This document shows positions 1 through 20,825 of a DNA stretch of 64,000 nt, piece by piece; the first letter of the stretch is position 1; every line of letters starts with the position of its first letter. The stretch lies in the NCBI RefSeq assembly GCF_009914755.1, contig NC_060946.1; one strand, given 5' to 3'. Under the pieces are notes generated by a model. That model was not told the DNA's origin. It did not search any database and saw only the letters and a list, made by a program, of their open reading frames with translations. The stretch is from the human T2T-CHM13v2.0 reference genome, Homo sapiens. The translations under genes were made by a program, and so were the position numbers.

Positions 1-1520
1 CGGTCCGGTCCGGAGGCCTTGTCACGCCAAGGCCCTGCCAGCAAGGAAAAGGAGCGCTGAGTAGAGAGAGGACTCACCCCGGGTTCTCTGGGCCAGGCCC
101 CAGCTGTGCAGGCCCCACCCTCTCTTGGCCACCTCCACCCCAGCTGAGGCTTAGCCGCCAGCCTCCGACATTTGCCACCCGGCCACCTGGTGAGCTCCAG
201 GCAGGCTGCAGGCGCCAGCTGCCCCCACCTCTGGCTCCGATGAGCTCATCTGGGTTTCCAAACTTCCAAAGCGGCCAGGAATGTTTGCTCAAATGTTCCG
301 AGCCCAGAGAGCGTTAAGAGCAAACCAGTGCCCTCCGCCCCCCTTCCCTGAGCAGAAAGCAATCTGCTATAACTCAGACAGGCCGGCCTCACCAAGCCCA
401 GGAGATGGATGCAGCGTTTTGGAATCTATATCACCCAAAAGGAAAATGCCTCTTAAATCACAGGGAGCTGGGAGAGAGCGGGAGCAGGAGGCACCGGGAC
501 CCAGTGATGTTCCAGAGGTCAGGCCTGGAGGAGGGGAGTATCACCAGGCATGGAGTCACCCTGGTCATCAGTGTGTCTGCTGCACCTTCTTGGCTCAGGT
601 GGAGAGAGGGAGGCCTGGGGACGCTCCCCTAACTTGAATGCTTGCTGGGTGTGCACACACACGTACATGCACTCATGCACACCTGTGTCCACATGCACAC
701 ACACATGCACAAAGTGCCCACACTGATTCAGCCCACTCCCAGGTCTGTTGAAATCTCTGCCCATTTTATCCCTCCCTTCCTGGCCCTGGCCACCGCTCTC
801 CAGACCTGGGCAGCAGCTGGGCTCTAAACCTGATAAAGTCAGGTCACAGACAGCCCTTCACTCATATCCTTAGAACATTCAGTGGATCTATCTTTTGAGA
901 ATAAAGATCAAATTCCTCACTGCAGTGTGCAAGGCCCTGCATGCCCAGCCCGGGTGACCTTGCCATGCCTGGCCCAGTCCCTCCACCAGAGCTGCACTGG
1001 CCCCTACTGTGCCCTTCTCACCTTCTCCCATCACAGGCCCTGGCAGGGGTTGTGCCCATGGCTGGAGGGCTTTTTGCTCAGTGAAGGCACAGCCACACCT
1101 CAGCTCAGCCGCCACATCCTCAGGGAAATGCCCCCCGCCGCCCCCGGCAACTCCTACCAGATAATCCCGGCACTGGAATGCTCTCTTACCCCCAAGGTCT
1201 GGGTAGCGCAACATCCAGCAGTGTTATCTTCTGGGATCCTTAATGAATCTCAGTCCACCCCACTCCATCAGGAGCACCCAACCAGCAGGGGTTCTTCCTG
1301 GTTTTGGCCACTTCTGTTTGCATTTCATTCATTTTCCGAATGAAGGAGTGAAGGGCCCTTGCAGTCCAGTCTTATGAACTCCTATTCATCCTGCAAGGCC
1401 CTACTTGGTACTTTTCAAACTGCAGATTGTGACCAATTTATAGATTAAAAAGCCATTTAGGGAGTGTGGTATACACATACAATGGAATACTCATCAGCCA
1501 CAAAAAGAAATGAAATTCTA

Positions 1521-1820
1521 GACAGGCACAGTCTTGTAATCCCAGCACTTTGGGAGGCTGAGGCAGGAGGATCGCTTAAGCCCAGATATTTGAGACCAGC
1601 CTGGGCAACATAGGGAGACCCTGTCTCTACAAAAGAATTAAAAATATAGCCAGACATGGTAGCACATGCCTGTGGTCCCAGCTACTCAGGAGGCTGAGGT
1701 GGGAGGATGTCTCAAGCCCAGGGAGTTGAGGCTGCAGTAGCTATGATCATATCACTGAACTCCAGCCTGGGTAACAGAGCAATACCCTGTCTCAAAAAAA
1801 AGAAAAAAGAAAAAAAGAAA
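1521..1820 (+). mobile_element. Alu (AluJ-like)
   Basis: Dimeric Alu with A tail and TSD aagaaatgaaattct on both sides. Confidence 0.93.
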
Positions 1821-1890
1821 GAAATGAAATTCTGACTCATGCTACAACATGGATGAACATTGAAGACATTATGCCAAATGAAATAATCCA

Positions 1891-2242
<352 letters not shown>

Positions 2243-2619
2243 CTAGAAGAAGACTCATAGAAACAGAAAGTAGAATTAAAGTTTACCAGGGGACGGGGTA
2301 TCGCGGAATAGGGAGTTAGTGTTTCATGGGTGCAGTTTCTGTTTGGGATGATGAAAAAGTTCTGTGGATGAATAGCAGTAATGGCTACACAACAATGTGG
2401 TGGTACTTAATGCTACTGTACTGAGCACTTAAAGATGGGTAAAGTGATACATTTTATGTTATGTATATTTTACCACAATAAAAACAAAACGTAAGCTATA
2501 CAAGTAAGTACACCTTATATTACAACAATTATCTAGTGAAACTTTTGTTTCATTATGTGTGAATTACTGCATTTGTGAAAAATATATTTCCAACTTCTTT
2601 GAATCAAGACCCACTAATT

Positions 2620-3229
<610 letters not shown>

Positions 3230-3650
3230 TAAGGCCCACTAATTCTTAAAAACACTGTGCTCAGGAGTCACGGTGCCTCAGAAGCCTGATGACCTCGGGC
3301 AGGGTGACATCCTCTCCTCTCTGCACCCAGGCCCCTTCGTGCTGCTGACTTATAATGCACCGCAAGCTTCTCCTTGTAGTCTAACCTCACGCTTACCTGT
3401 TTATTGCCAAAACTGGACTACAAGCTCACCAGGGGCAGGGGCTGTGTCTCATTTTTCTTTGTGCTCCCAAGGTGCCAGGCTCAGTGCCTGACATATAGTA
3501 AGTACTCAGTATTTTCCAGAAATGATCAAGATGCAGATGAAGTCCAGCGGTCCCAGATTTGGATTCACCCTGATTTCAAGCCCCAGCTATGTGAGCTGGG
3601 GCAGGTCACTTCTCCTCTCAGGGCCTCCATTTCCTTTAATAAGAACAGTA

Positions 3651-4262
<612 letters not shown>

Positions 4263-4298
<36 letters not shown>
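4263..4298. repeat. (AC)n microsatellite, ~17 units
   Basis: Read directly from the sequence. Confidence 0.97.
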
Positions 4299-4299
<1 letters not shown>

Positions 4300-6055
4300 A
4301 ATATTAACCATAGTCATTTATTAAGCACTGTCTATATGCCAGGCTAAGTGCTTTATAGATATTGACTAATCCATGCAATAAATGTCTTGAGCACCTACTA
4401 TGTGCTGGGCAGTAATTTTCATAAAATTGTTGCCTCAATTATAAAAACTATTTACTGAGCACTTACTATGTGCCAGGCACAGTGAAACCCGTGGAAATTC
4501 AAAGGTGAGCAGGACAGTGGGTCCTGTATCTTGATCTTTACGGATCTTTCTCTTCTTGAATCCTCACAGCACCCATTTTATAGACAGGAAGACTGAGGCC
4601 CGAAAGTTCTGTCTGACTCTGAGCCTGGCCTCTTTGCTGCCTCCCGTTGTCCTGTGAGGCTGTGTGGTCACAGCACCCAGGACTTGAGAGGAGTGAAGTT
4701 CTTCCTCACCCCGCAAAGGCTTCATGAGCCCTACTGTGTGCCAGGCCAGCCCTGCTCAGTCTGGGGCGATAAACACAGGGCAGATTCTGAAAGCCTGTGT
4801 GAGGGAAGTTCTAGGCCTGCAGGAGCTGAGAGGAGACCCTGGAGAGGAAGGGAGTCAGGGCCAGCTTCCTCGAGGAGGTGACACCCCAATAGAGTTGCAG
4901 GAGAAGCAGGGAAGGCATTCTAGGCAGTGGAACAGCATGCCAACAGGGAAGAGCCCCAGATGGCTCCTGGTTTCCTGTTTGGCAGGCTGGGATGGGAGAA
5001 CTGGTCCTCACTCTAGTTTGCATGGAAGAAAAAGGTCATACATGACCTAGATACACTCACTGGCCAAGAGGCAGGAAGATGCAGAGAAGAGGCAGGTGTG
5101 GGGGATGGGTGCAGGTTGGAGAAGGGCAGCAAACCCAGTGGAGTTGGAGGGGAGGCAGGAGCACACAGCCCTGCATGGCCCCAGGCAACCCAGCACCTGC
5201 ATTCACAACACCCCCTGAAGGAAAGAACCAGAAGGATCCCTGCCAGCCCTTCCTCCCCTTGGGAGGGGAAGGTCTCACACAGCCCTAACTACACATCCAG
5301 ACCACCCCTGGGCTAAGCATGAAGTGACTTCCCAGGAACCATGCAAACTGGGTTCTAGTAAGCCCTTGCCATTGGGGAAATTGAGGCTCCCAGAGAGGAA
5401 GAGCTAAGGTTAGGACTGCTGCAAATGACAATTTATTTCAACAGACTTTAACTGAGCACCTACTATGTGCCAGGCACCAGGAATATGATAATGGGTTAAA
5501 GCAGGCGTGGTCTCAGCCTCCTATGGACTCACAGTCCAGAGGAGACAGGTATGAACGTGACATGCTCACCACCAGTATAAAATGACAAAGAGATCAAGCC
5601 CCTAAGGTCCTTAAAGGGAAAAAGACAGTAAGTGCCTTCAATGAAAGAGTCTGACTAAAACTAGGGCACTGGGGTGAACAAATAGAAATTAACTAAGGGA
5701 AAAAACAGAAAAACAGAGAAGTGGTGTTAAAGGCAGAGAATGGCATGCAAAGGTCCTGAGGCAGAAAGGAGTGTGGAAAGTTCAGGAGCTGAGGGCAATC
5801 AGAGAAGCTCAGGGTGGTGGCAGGGCCAGGTTTTCAGGACTTGTTGACCAAAGGAAGCCTCTGAAGATTAAGGAGAAGTGACCTCCGTTCATTCATCCAT
5901 CCATTCAGTAAATACGCAGGTAGCATCTACTGTGGGCCCTGCTTTGCTTAGCTCAGTTCTAGGCTCTGGAGAGACATCAGTGAATGGAATTGACAAGGCC
6001 CCACCCCTCCCGGAGCTAACCCTCTCAAGAGCGGATTGCGATATTTCATACATCC

Positions 6056-6405
6056 TGCTTTTCCTCTCTCCCTCCTTTCTTTCTTTCTTTCTTCCTTCCT
6101 CCTTTCCCTCCTTCCTTCCTTCCTTTCTTTTTCTTTCTCCTCTTTTCCTTCCCTTCCTTCCCTTCCTTCCTTCTTTCCCTCCCTCCTCCCTCTTCTGATC
6201 CTTTTTTCTTTCCTTTCCTCCTTCCTTCCTCTCTCTTTCCCTCCTTCCCTCCCTTCCTCCCTCCTTTTTTCCCTTCTTCCTTTCTTCCTTTTCTCTTTCT
6301 CCCCCTTTTCCTTCCCTTCCCTCCCTCCCTTCCTTCCCTCTCTTTCTTCCTTCTCTTCCTTCTCTTCCTCACTTCCTCCCTCCCTCCTTCCTTCCTTCTT
6401 TTCTC
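6056..6405. repeat. ~350 bp polypyrimidine low-complexity tract (CCTT/CTTT/CCCT)
   Basis: Almost purine-free on +. Source of several spurious ORFs. Confidence 0.97.
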
Positions 6406-6469
6406 TAAGCCATTCTCTTTCCATCAGTCTCAACACTATGTCACATAGAAAAAAATCATCTTTGAGCAG

Positions 6470-7708
<1,239 letters not shown>

Positions 7709-8684
7709 TCCACATGCAATTATAGTTTTGCCCGAAGAAGATGAGGTCCAGCTCTGGGTGGTGACAATCATATTTCTATAGTATGTGGCATGGGTTGAAA
7801 GAACAAGCTGAGACCACATTCTCCTTCCTGGATCCCTCTAATACTCTGGCCAGAACAAAGCACCATAAGGAAGATGAAGTTCAGAGTCGAGAAGGCTTCC
7901 CAGGATCACAAAGCAAGCTAGAAACAACTCCCCACTGAGGCTGGAACCCACCTCCTGACCTCCAATTGTGAGATCCTTTAGTCTCAGAAAATCAAAACCA
8001 TCTTCTTCCAACCCCCAGAAGAAATATCAGGCATGACTCCTCCAACCAAAGACAACTACCCAAGAAGTACTCGAAGTTCAGCAGAATCTAATTTTGCACT
8101 GGAGGTGACTAGAGCATGGGGTCACCTCTACACTCGCATAGAAAAGGCCTGGGTTTGAACAGCGAGAAGGGGCCATGCCCTCTCTGAACGTCTTAGCTAC
8201 AGACCTGTCTCCACGGGGCCTGGGATGCCCAGAGAAATGTGGATCCTCTGGCACAGGCATTTGAGTGTCTCCTGGCAGTTACAGGCGTATACGAAGGCGG
8301 CCGAAGAGCCTGGCTCACCTGCCTGATGGAAATACGTCTCAGGAACACCAGGCCCTTCAAGTTGGTTTGACAAGCTCCCTTCTGGAGACGCTGGGGTCCT
8401 CACTGCTAAGACAAATTCCTGACAGAACCCCATACTCACCTTGACCTTGGGCCGCTGGGGGAAGCCTGCAGAGGGTTTGACAGAAGCGCACAGCGCAATG
8501 TCAAGGCTGCTGCAGAGGGGTCTGCAGAAGACAGGCCCAGACTGCCAGAGGATCATGGTCCATCCCGGCACTCAGCAAGGCCAGCACCCTCTTGGAGCCT
8601 TTACTTCCTCATCTGTAAGAGGGAACAGCTGAAATCCTATCCCTGGAGTCACTGTGAAAAGTCACATTTTGGGTTTTCTAATTT

Positions 8685-8945
<261 letters not shown>

Positions 8946-8984
8946 GGTTTTTTGTTTGTTTGTTTGTTTGTTTGTTTTACGGAA

Positions 8985-10026
<1,042 letters not shown>

Positions 10027-10619
10027 TTTTTTTTTTTTTTTTTTTGGAGCACCTACTATGTGCCTGGCATGGCCCTGCGCACTGAGAAAAAGACAGGAAA
10101 AAAAGCTAGAAACCTGGTCATCTTTCTGAGCCCTGGGTCTGTGTGATACAGCATGCGTGAGGCAGGTGGATTACACGGTGTGGTACCTGCTGGACAGCTT
10201 CTCTATCAGTTCTCCTACTCACCTCAACCAATATTGGATGAATGAATGAGTGAATGAATGAATGAATGAACCCATGTCTTCACTTTATTCATTACTGGAT
10301 CCCCAGTGCCTGCAGAGGGGTGACACGTGATAGATACTCAACATATGTTTGCAGAATAATTGGACCTGAAACCCAATGCCTGGTCCCACAGGGGAGCACA
10401 GGGCTTACATTCAGATCCAAACTCAAATCCTAACAGTGCCACTCATGTGCTGGGTGACCTTGACTCAGTCCATCCCCTGCTCCCTGCTCCACGTCTGGAA
10501 ATTGAGGACGGTGCTAGTGCCCCCTCTCCAGGCTACTGTGATGAGATCACCAAGGCTGGGAAATATTAGGGAAGGGGGGTTGCCAGACTCCGGACCTGCA
10601 GAGTTAAGCCTTCCTCCCC

Positions 10620-10960
10620 CACCCCCACCACCCCATGTCATGTGGCTGGTGGCAATTCCCTCCAGGACAAAAGGCCCGATTTAATCCAGCCCACCATCAC
10701 CACTGTCGCCACTGGGACACAATGCGGCAGGTTTGTGGCCAACGTCTGCCGATCTGGTTTCGTGTAACATCCCTGCCAGCCTGCCCGGGCCAGCAGACAA
10801 AGGCCTCTTTGTTGCAAATATGTTTTTTAAATCCCTGAAGATATTAGCAGTGCGGGTGAACTCACACTGTGAAACAGTTCAGAAATTGTTTAAGGACATG
10901 TTTCAAACTGGGGGTGATCATTTAAATGGAATCTGCCCTCCTGCTTTCTTATCGAGAGCA
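10620..10960. promoter_or_regulatory. Candidate enhancer with SoxE dimer site
   Basis: Unique sequence with retained CpGs. ACAAAG-gcct-CTTTGT at 10797-10812, forkhead GCAAATA next to it, and TAATCC at 10682-10687. Confidence 0.5.
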
Positions 10961-11419
10961 AGATTCCTCAGAGCCAGCTTGGGCCCTGGACCTGGGCAGG
11001 GAAGTTTCCGAGGCCAAATAACCCTAACACTCATCGTAACAACAATGCCAGCAGCCATTTATGGAGTCTGCAAGGCCAGACGCCGGCCCACTTGTGCATT
11101 TGTGCATGTGACCGCCAAACCTCGGCACTTAGAGAGATTCAGATGAGCAGTCCCATTCTACAGATGGAAAATCTGGGGTCTAGGGAAGTGTTGGCGCACG
11201 TCACAGCTGGCCTTGAACAAGGTTTGTTGGATCCTCCACACAGCCCCTGTGCCCTCTTCATGCTGTTGATGGCCACAGGCACGGAACACATCCTCACCTC
11301 TGAACTCTGTCCCATCAGGCACCCAGGAGGGCATCCGACGGGCACCTGGTCCCCTCACATCCTGTTCCTTCAAGTTCACACAAGAAGGCCTCCTCCAACA
11401 CATCTCTCCACCTACTTCT

Positions 11420-12264
<845 letters not shown>

Positions 12265-12514
12265 CACCTACTATTCTCACCTCCTCTGGGCAACTCCATT
12301 AGTCCCAGACTGTGCCATAAACTTCAGTTTTTAATAAGTGACAGTGATGACTCTTCAGAGCTGTGTGGGGGCCTAACCTGGGCAGGCAGTTCCGTACCCC
12401 TCAGAACCAGGAGAGCACTGTGGCAATGAACTCAGGCTCAAGTCAGAAACGCCAGCTCTATCTTAATTTTCACAAACTGTGACCAAGGGCAAGTTAAAAG
12501 TTAATTCAGGTTTA

Positions 12515-13435
<921 letters not shown>

Positions 13436-13730
13436 TGCATGTCACTCACCTCTCAAGAGGTGGTGTGGGAGCAGGAAAGAAATCATCAGAAGACACAGGT
13501 CCCCCAGTTGATCTCTGCACACCGTGCTGGGCACCCTCAGGCAGGTCAGCGCACCTCTCTGAACACTATTATCCTCTGTGTCCTGGGACTATTGCCTTTG
13601 GCTCTGCAGACCTCACAGGCTCAGGGGAGGCTCATGCGGGAGACTACAGGGCACACCATAAAGTGCTACAACGAGGTTAGAATCGTAAAGGAATAGTACC
13701 ACGATTATGAGAGCACATAAGAATAGAGCA

Positions 13731-14442
<712 letters not shown>

Positions 14443-14764
14443 GAACCCTTGGGCTCCATTCTGACAGCTAAACATCCCTTCCATTGGTCAAGCTTTCCTC
14501 CCTTTCCCAAAGGGCCCTACCCCGCGTTGTCTCATAAAATCCCTGGAAAGAAGGCAGGCCAGAGATGAGCAGGGGTTCTTCTCCCAGTGTGACCTGCCAA
14601 TGTGGCTTCCCTAGCTGGCTTTCCAGAGGACGCCCCCTGGGTGTGCACATGGAGGGGGACGGGGAGCCTTCAGATGTCTACTGATGTTGGTGAACCTGGA
14701 CCTATCTCATTGCCAATGTGTCTTGTTAAGAGAGAGCAGGAAGCAGGAGCAGGCACACCAGCCT

Positions 14765-14782
14765 TGGCGCCCCCTGCTGGCA
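14765..14782 (-). promoter_or_regulatory. CTCF binding motif
   Basis: The minus strand reads TGCCAGCAGGGGGCGCCA, an essentially perfect CTCF core with its CpG retained. Confidence 0.75.
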
Positions 14783-14857
14783 CTCTGCTGCGCAGGCCAT
14801 GTTCTTACCTCCAGGCCTTTGCACATGCTGTTCCCTCTGCCTGGAACTGTCTTCCAC

Positions 14858-15364
14858 TGTATTAGTTTCCTAATGCTGCTGTAACAAATTACCACAAACT
14901 TATAAGGCTTAAAACAAAACCAATTTATGAATTGACAGTTCCGGAGGTCTGAAGGCAGCCATGGGTCAGACTGGGCTAAAATCGAGGTGCTGGGGCTGTG
15001 CTCCTTTCCAGAGACTCTAGAGGAGCTCCTGTCCTCTTGCCTCTTCCAGATCCTGGAGGTTACTGCATTCCTTAGCTCCTGGCTTTCTCCTTCCATCTTC
15101 AAAGCCAAGCAGCGTTGCCTCTCTCCAGCCATTCTTCCGTAGTCACACCTCCCTCTCAGCGTGGTCAGGAAAAGCTCTCTGCTTTTAAGGACCTAGATGG
15201 TTAGATTGTGCCCACCCAGATAATCCAGGATAATCTCCCCATCTCAAGACTCCTTAACCCTAATCTCATCTGCAAAGTCCCTTTTGCCCTGTAAGGTAAC
15301 ATAGTCACAGGTCCTGGGGATGAGGAGGAGGATATCTTTGGTGGCTATTATTCTGTCTACCACA
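14858..15364 (-). mobile_element. MaLR solo LTR (MLT1C/D-like), full length
   Basis: tgtattagtttcctaatgctgctgtaacaaattaccac...ctattattctgtctaccaca; near-matching 5-bp TSD tccac/accac. Confidence 0.88.
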
Positions 15365-15714
15365 ACCACTTTCTCTTACCTTGCCTACTTGTTCAGTGAT
15401 TCAACGCATACATTTTGAGTGCCTACAATGTCTCAATGCTGGGCAACCGTGGTGAACAGGATAAATGCAGCCTCTGCCATCATGAACCTTCTAGGCTGGT
15501 ATTTCTTGGTGTAATCACCACCTCTAAGAAACCTTCCCTCACTGCTCCCTCGGACCCGCAAGCTGCTCCATTCCAGCACTGTCACTTTGCAAGGTCTCTG
15601 GCCTATCTCCCCAGCCAGACACCTTAAGGACTAGGAGTGTGTCTCATTCACCTCCACATTGTCAGAGGCCTCACCTAGCAGCATGAGTATTTGGGACACA
15701 TTGATTGAATCGGG

Positions 15715-15890
15715 TGAATGTGGGTTCCATCTCCACTCCACTGTCTCCAAGCTGTGTGACCTTGGGCAATCCCATTCCCTCTCAGAGTCCAGGTTCCCTG
15801 GCTCTACAGTGGGTATACATGGCAGCACCTGGCTTCAGAGGTTTTTGTAAGGATTAAATCAGATAAGGTCCATCATGCATATAGAAGGTG
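15715..15890 (+). mobile_element. MIR
   Basis: MIR core ctgtgtgaccttgggcaa...gtaaggattaaatcagataa. Confidence 0.7.
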
Positions 15891-16127
15891 TTCAGCCAAC
15901 TGGCAGCTCCTTTCTCTCTTTGAACTGTTTCATGGACGCAGGCTCTGAGTTAAGTGTTTGCAATTCTTGATCTGGGGCCAACACTGAAATTATCCCATCC
16001 CTCAGATTTCTCCATCAGAGAACCAGGTTATAGGAGCATTCACCACAGGCCCATTGGTAAACACAGTGTGGCTGCAGGTGCCAGCCTCTCGAACAGAACT
16101 CTCCCCACCCCAAAAACACCAAATACT

Positions 16128-16839
<712 letters not shown>

Positions 16840-16874
16840 CTATCTGCACACAGTAGGTACTTCATCTGACATCA

Positions 16875-17100
16875 TGCAGTGGTGGTCTATATTTTGGAGT
16901 CAGGCTGACCTCGATTCAAATCGCTACTCTCCAGTAATCAGTACACTGACCTTGAACTAGGGTCTTCCATTTCTCTGAACTTGATTTTTCTCCTCTGCAA
17001 AATGGGGATAATAAGAGGACCCGTTTGTGAGGAAGAAATATGATAAAGGAGAGAAGTGTCTCACCTGGAACCTGGCATGTAGTAAGGACAAGATCACGGT
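16875..17100 (+). mobile_element. MIR
   Basis: ttggagtcag...tgaccttgaac...tctgcaaaatggggataataa...cctggcatgtagtaag. Confidence 0.7.
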
Positions 17101-17149
17101 GAGCTGTAATGATCACAGGAAAAAGCCCACCACCGTTGAGGAAGCAGCC

Positions 17150-17620
17150 AGGAGACGGGGCCCCTGGAAGTTACACCAGGTCAGCCTCCAATTTCCCGTA
17201 ACTCGGCGACTCCTACTCGCCTGGTAACTTTGGAAAATATTATCTTAGTGTTTGCAATTCTTGATCTGGGCCCAACACTGAAATTATTGCAGACTTTCTT
17301 CTTCTTTTTTTTCTTCTTCTTCTCTTTTTTGACAGTTTGAGCAAAAGGAGTTGTTTTTGAACTTCAGGAGGGGAAAAACACGCGCTCACGCACACGCCCC
17401 AAACAGCATCATTTTGCAGGACAAAATGTCCCCTGTGCTCCAGAGCAGGCAGCCCCAGCCCCACTTCAGCAGGCCTCACAAACACTTAGTGTCACTGCGG
17501 GTTATGTAAGCGTGGTTTGGGCCTGTGAGGTTGGACGTGGCCTTGGGTTTTGAAAGGAGGCAGGGGAGTTTGGGTGAGGAGCCGTTCGGCTCAAAATAAA
17601 TCCAGGAACTCAGTGCAGAA
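17150..17620. promoter_or_regulatory. Candidate regulatory element, CpG-retaining unique block
   Basis: Several CpGs in non-repeat sequence and forkhead TGTTTGC at 17249-17255. Holds one copy of the 41-bp duplication. Confidence 0.35.
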
Positions 17621-17999
17621 AAAAAATAAATAAATAAAATCTCCTAGACTCTACCAAAAGGAATATTCAGATGTATAGTCTGGAGTGTCCAGAACTGAGA
17701 AAACACAAGCCAGACTGTGGCCAACATGGCTTTCTTGGCCCCACCACGCACATGGGTGGGGCTGAGAGGTCGTGGAGTGTCACAATGTGACCTGTGCCGT
17801 GGGACAAGGTTAACATACAGACCACGTCACTGCTGGAAGGAAAACGCCAGTCCTTAGTATTTTCAAAACTGGTTGGTCCTTTTGTTCCTGGAGTTCCCTG
17901 CCTTTCCGTTGTGGTGCCAGATTTAGTGATTCCTACTGAACAGTGGGGTCAGGGCAGGCAAGCAAGATCTTTGTCCCAGGGAAAAGAAAGAAGGGGATG

Positions 18000-18114
18000 C
18001 AGGGTAACCAACTCATCCTGGTTCACCTGAGACCTTTCCCAGTTTCAAAACTGAAAGTCTCACATTCAAAGAAACCCCTCTGTCCTGGGCAAATGGGGAC
18101 AATGAGTTGCCCTG
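18000..18114. mobile_element. hAT-Blackjack MITE (MER81/MER94-like)
   Basis: Degenerate terminal inverted repeats cagggtaacc...gttgccctg. The interior resembles the copy at 34100. Confidence 0.65.
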
Positions 18115-18329
18115 CAAGACAGCATAACCCTAATGACCATCATAATCACTCTGGAGCCCTGATTAAGTGTCCCTCGACAGGCTTATATACATTGTCGCAC
18201 TTCATCCCCCCAGCTGCCTTTCCAGGTAGATTTCTCATATCCATTTTACAGACAAATGAGGCTCAGAGGAGGAAAACACATGGGGCAGTGGGGGAGACAG
18301 GAAGATGCTCAGGGGTCTTATTAAAATCA

Positions 18330-18945
<616 letters not shown>

Positions 18946-19084
18946 CTAAGGAGTTCAGGCTTTATCCTGAGGGGACTGGGGAGCCTCGCACGGCTTTAAA
19001 CAGTTGTGACAAGGTCAAATTTGTGTTGTGGAAAGATGATTCCAGCTCTTATGCAGCAGTTATGTTGCACAGGAGTATGAGTGG

Positions 19085-19445
19085 AGGCAATAGAATAGTC
19101 AGGAGTGACAGAAACCCAGCGCAAACTGGCTGACACCAAATGGAAATTCATTGACTCATATAATTGACTCCTGCTTCAGGTATGGCTGGATTCAGGTGCT
19201 CAATTTAGAAACCAGCCTCTCTCCATGTCTTGGCTATGTTCTGGCTTCTTTCCAGACAGGCCCTCCCTCTGTGATGACAAGATAGTCTCCGGAAGCTCAA
19301 GGCTTGCCTCCTGTGGCTTAGCAACCCCACCAGAGAGAAAATCCCTCTTGCATAGAACTTTCAGCCAAAGTCTTAGAGCTGGCACTTGCTGGCTCTGATG
19401 GGCCCATCCCCCAGCCAATTACAGTGGTATCTTGTCGGCCAGGTC
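19085..19445. mobile_element. Old MaLR LTR fragment (MLT1J/K-like)
   Basis: agtgacagaaaccc...aaactggct...ttcaggtatggctggattcagg. Confidence 0.6.
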
Positions 19446-19872
19446 TGCATCAAGGCCCACCCCTAGAGTTAGGGCGTGAGATCAGCCCTATCCCAAATCT
19501 GCAGTCTGGGATGGGAGAGCGGGTGCTGGGCCCCAAAGGAAAATCTGGAGTCTGTCCCCAGGAACCTTGATCATGGACCATGTAGGGGAGAGAGCGAAGT
19601 GCCCCAGCTTGGGCTGGAACCCAAGGATTATCACCACCTGCCTGAAGTGGAAAGAGAACAATGAAGTGAGTGGCAGAAGGACACACAGCGACCCAACGGC
19701 ATCAGGTCTCAAACTTCCTTCAGACAACCACTAAGGCCAGCAGTTTGTGATGGGAGCCCCTGCAGGGTGGGATTTCTGCACACACCCTGGACTGACCACA
19801 GAAGCTGCTCAGCGATTCTCAGAAACTTAAGAAGTAACTTCCACAGCTGCTATCTCAAAAGCCCCATTGTGA

Positions 19873-20495
<623 letters not shown>

Positions 20496-20544
20496 CTTTA
20501 TATTTAATTGACAAACAAAAATTACATGCATGTATATACACACA

Positions 20545-20825
20545 CAAGGGAATATTATTCAGCATTATAAAAGACAGAAACCCTGTCGTTTGCGACAACA
20601 TGGATGAACCTAGAGGACATTATGCTAAGTGAATAAGCCAGACACAGAAAGATAAGTACGGCGTGATCTCACATATATGTGGAATCTAAAAAAGTCAAAC
20701 TCACAGAAGCAGAAAGTAGGAGACTGGTTACCAGAGGCTGGGGGTGGGGCATGGGGGAATGAGGAAATGTTGATCAGAGTACCCAGCAATTAGACAGGAG
20801 GAATAAATTCTACAGGTAAATATTA
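20545..20825 (+). mobile_element. Old L1 (L1MA/MB-like) 3' fragment
   Basis: gaatattattcagc...acaacatggatgaacctagaggacattatgctaagtga...gtggaatctaaaaaagtcaaactc. Confidence 0.85.

Noticed and set aside
1-470. CpG-containing start of the window with overlapping TEAD/forkhead motif (GGAATGTTTGC, 278-288) as a promoter
   Set aside because: CpG density is too low for an island and the element is cut by the window edge. It may be regulatory, but I cannot support a call.
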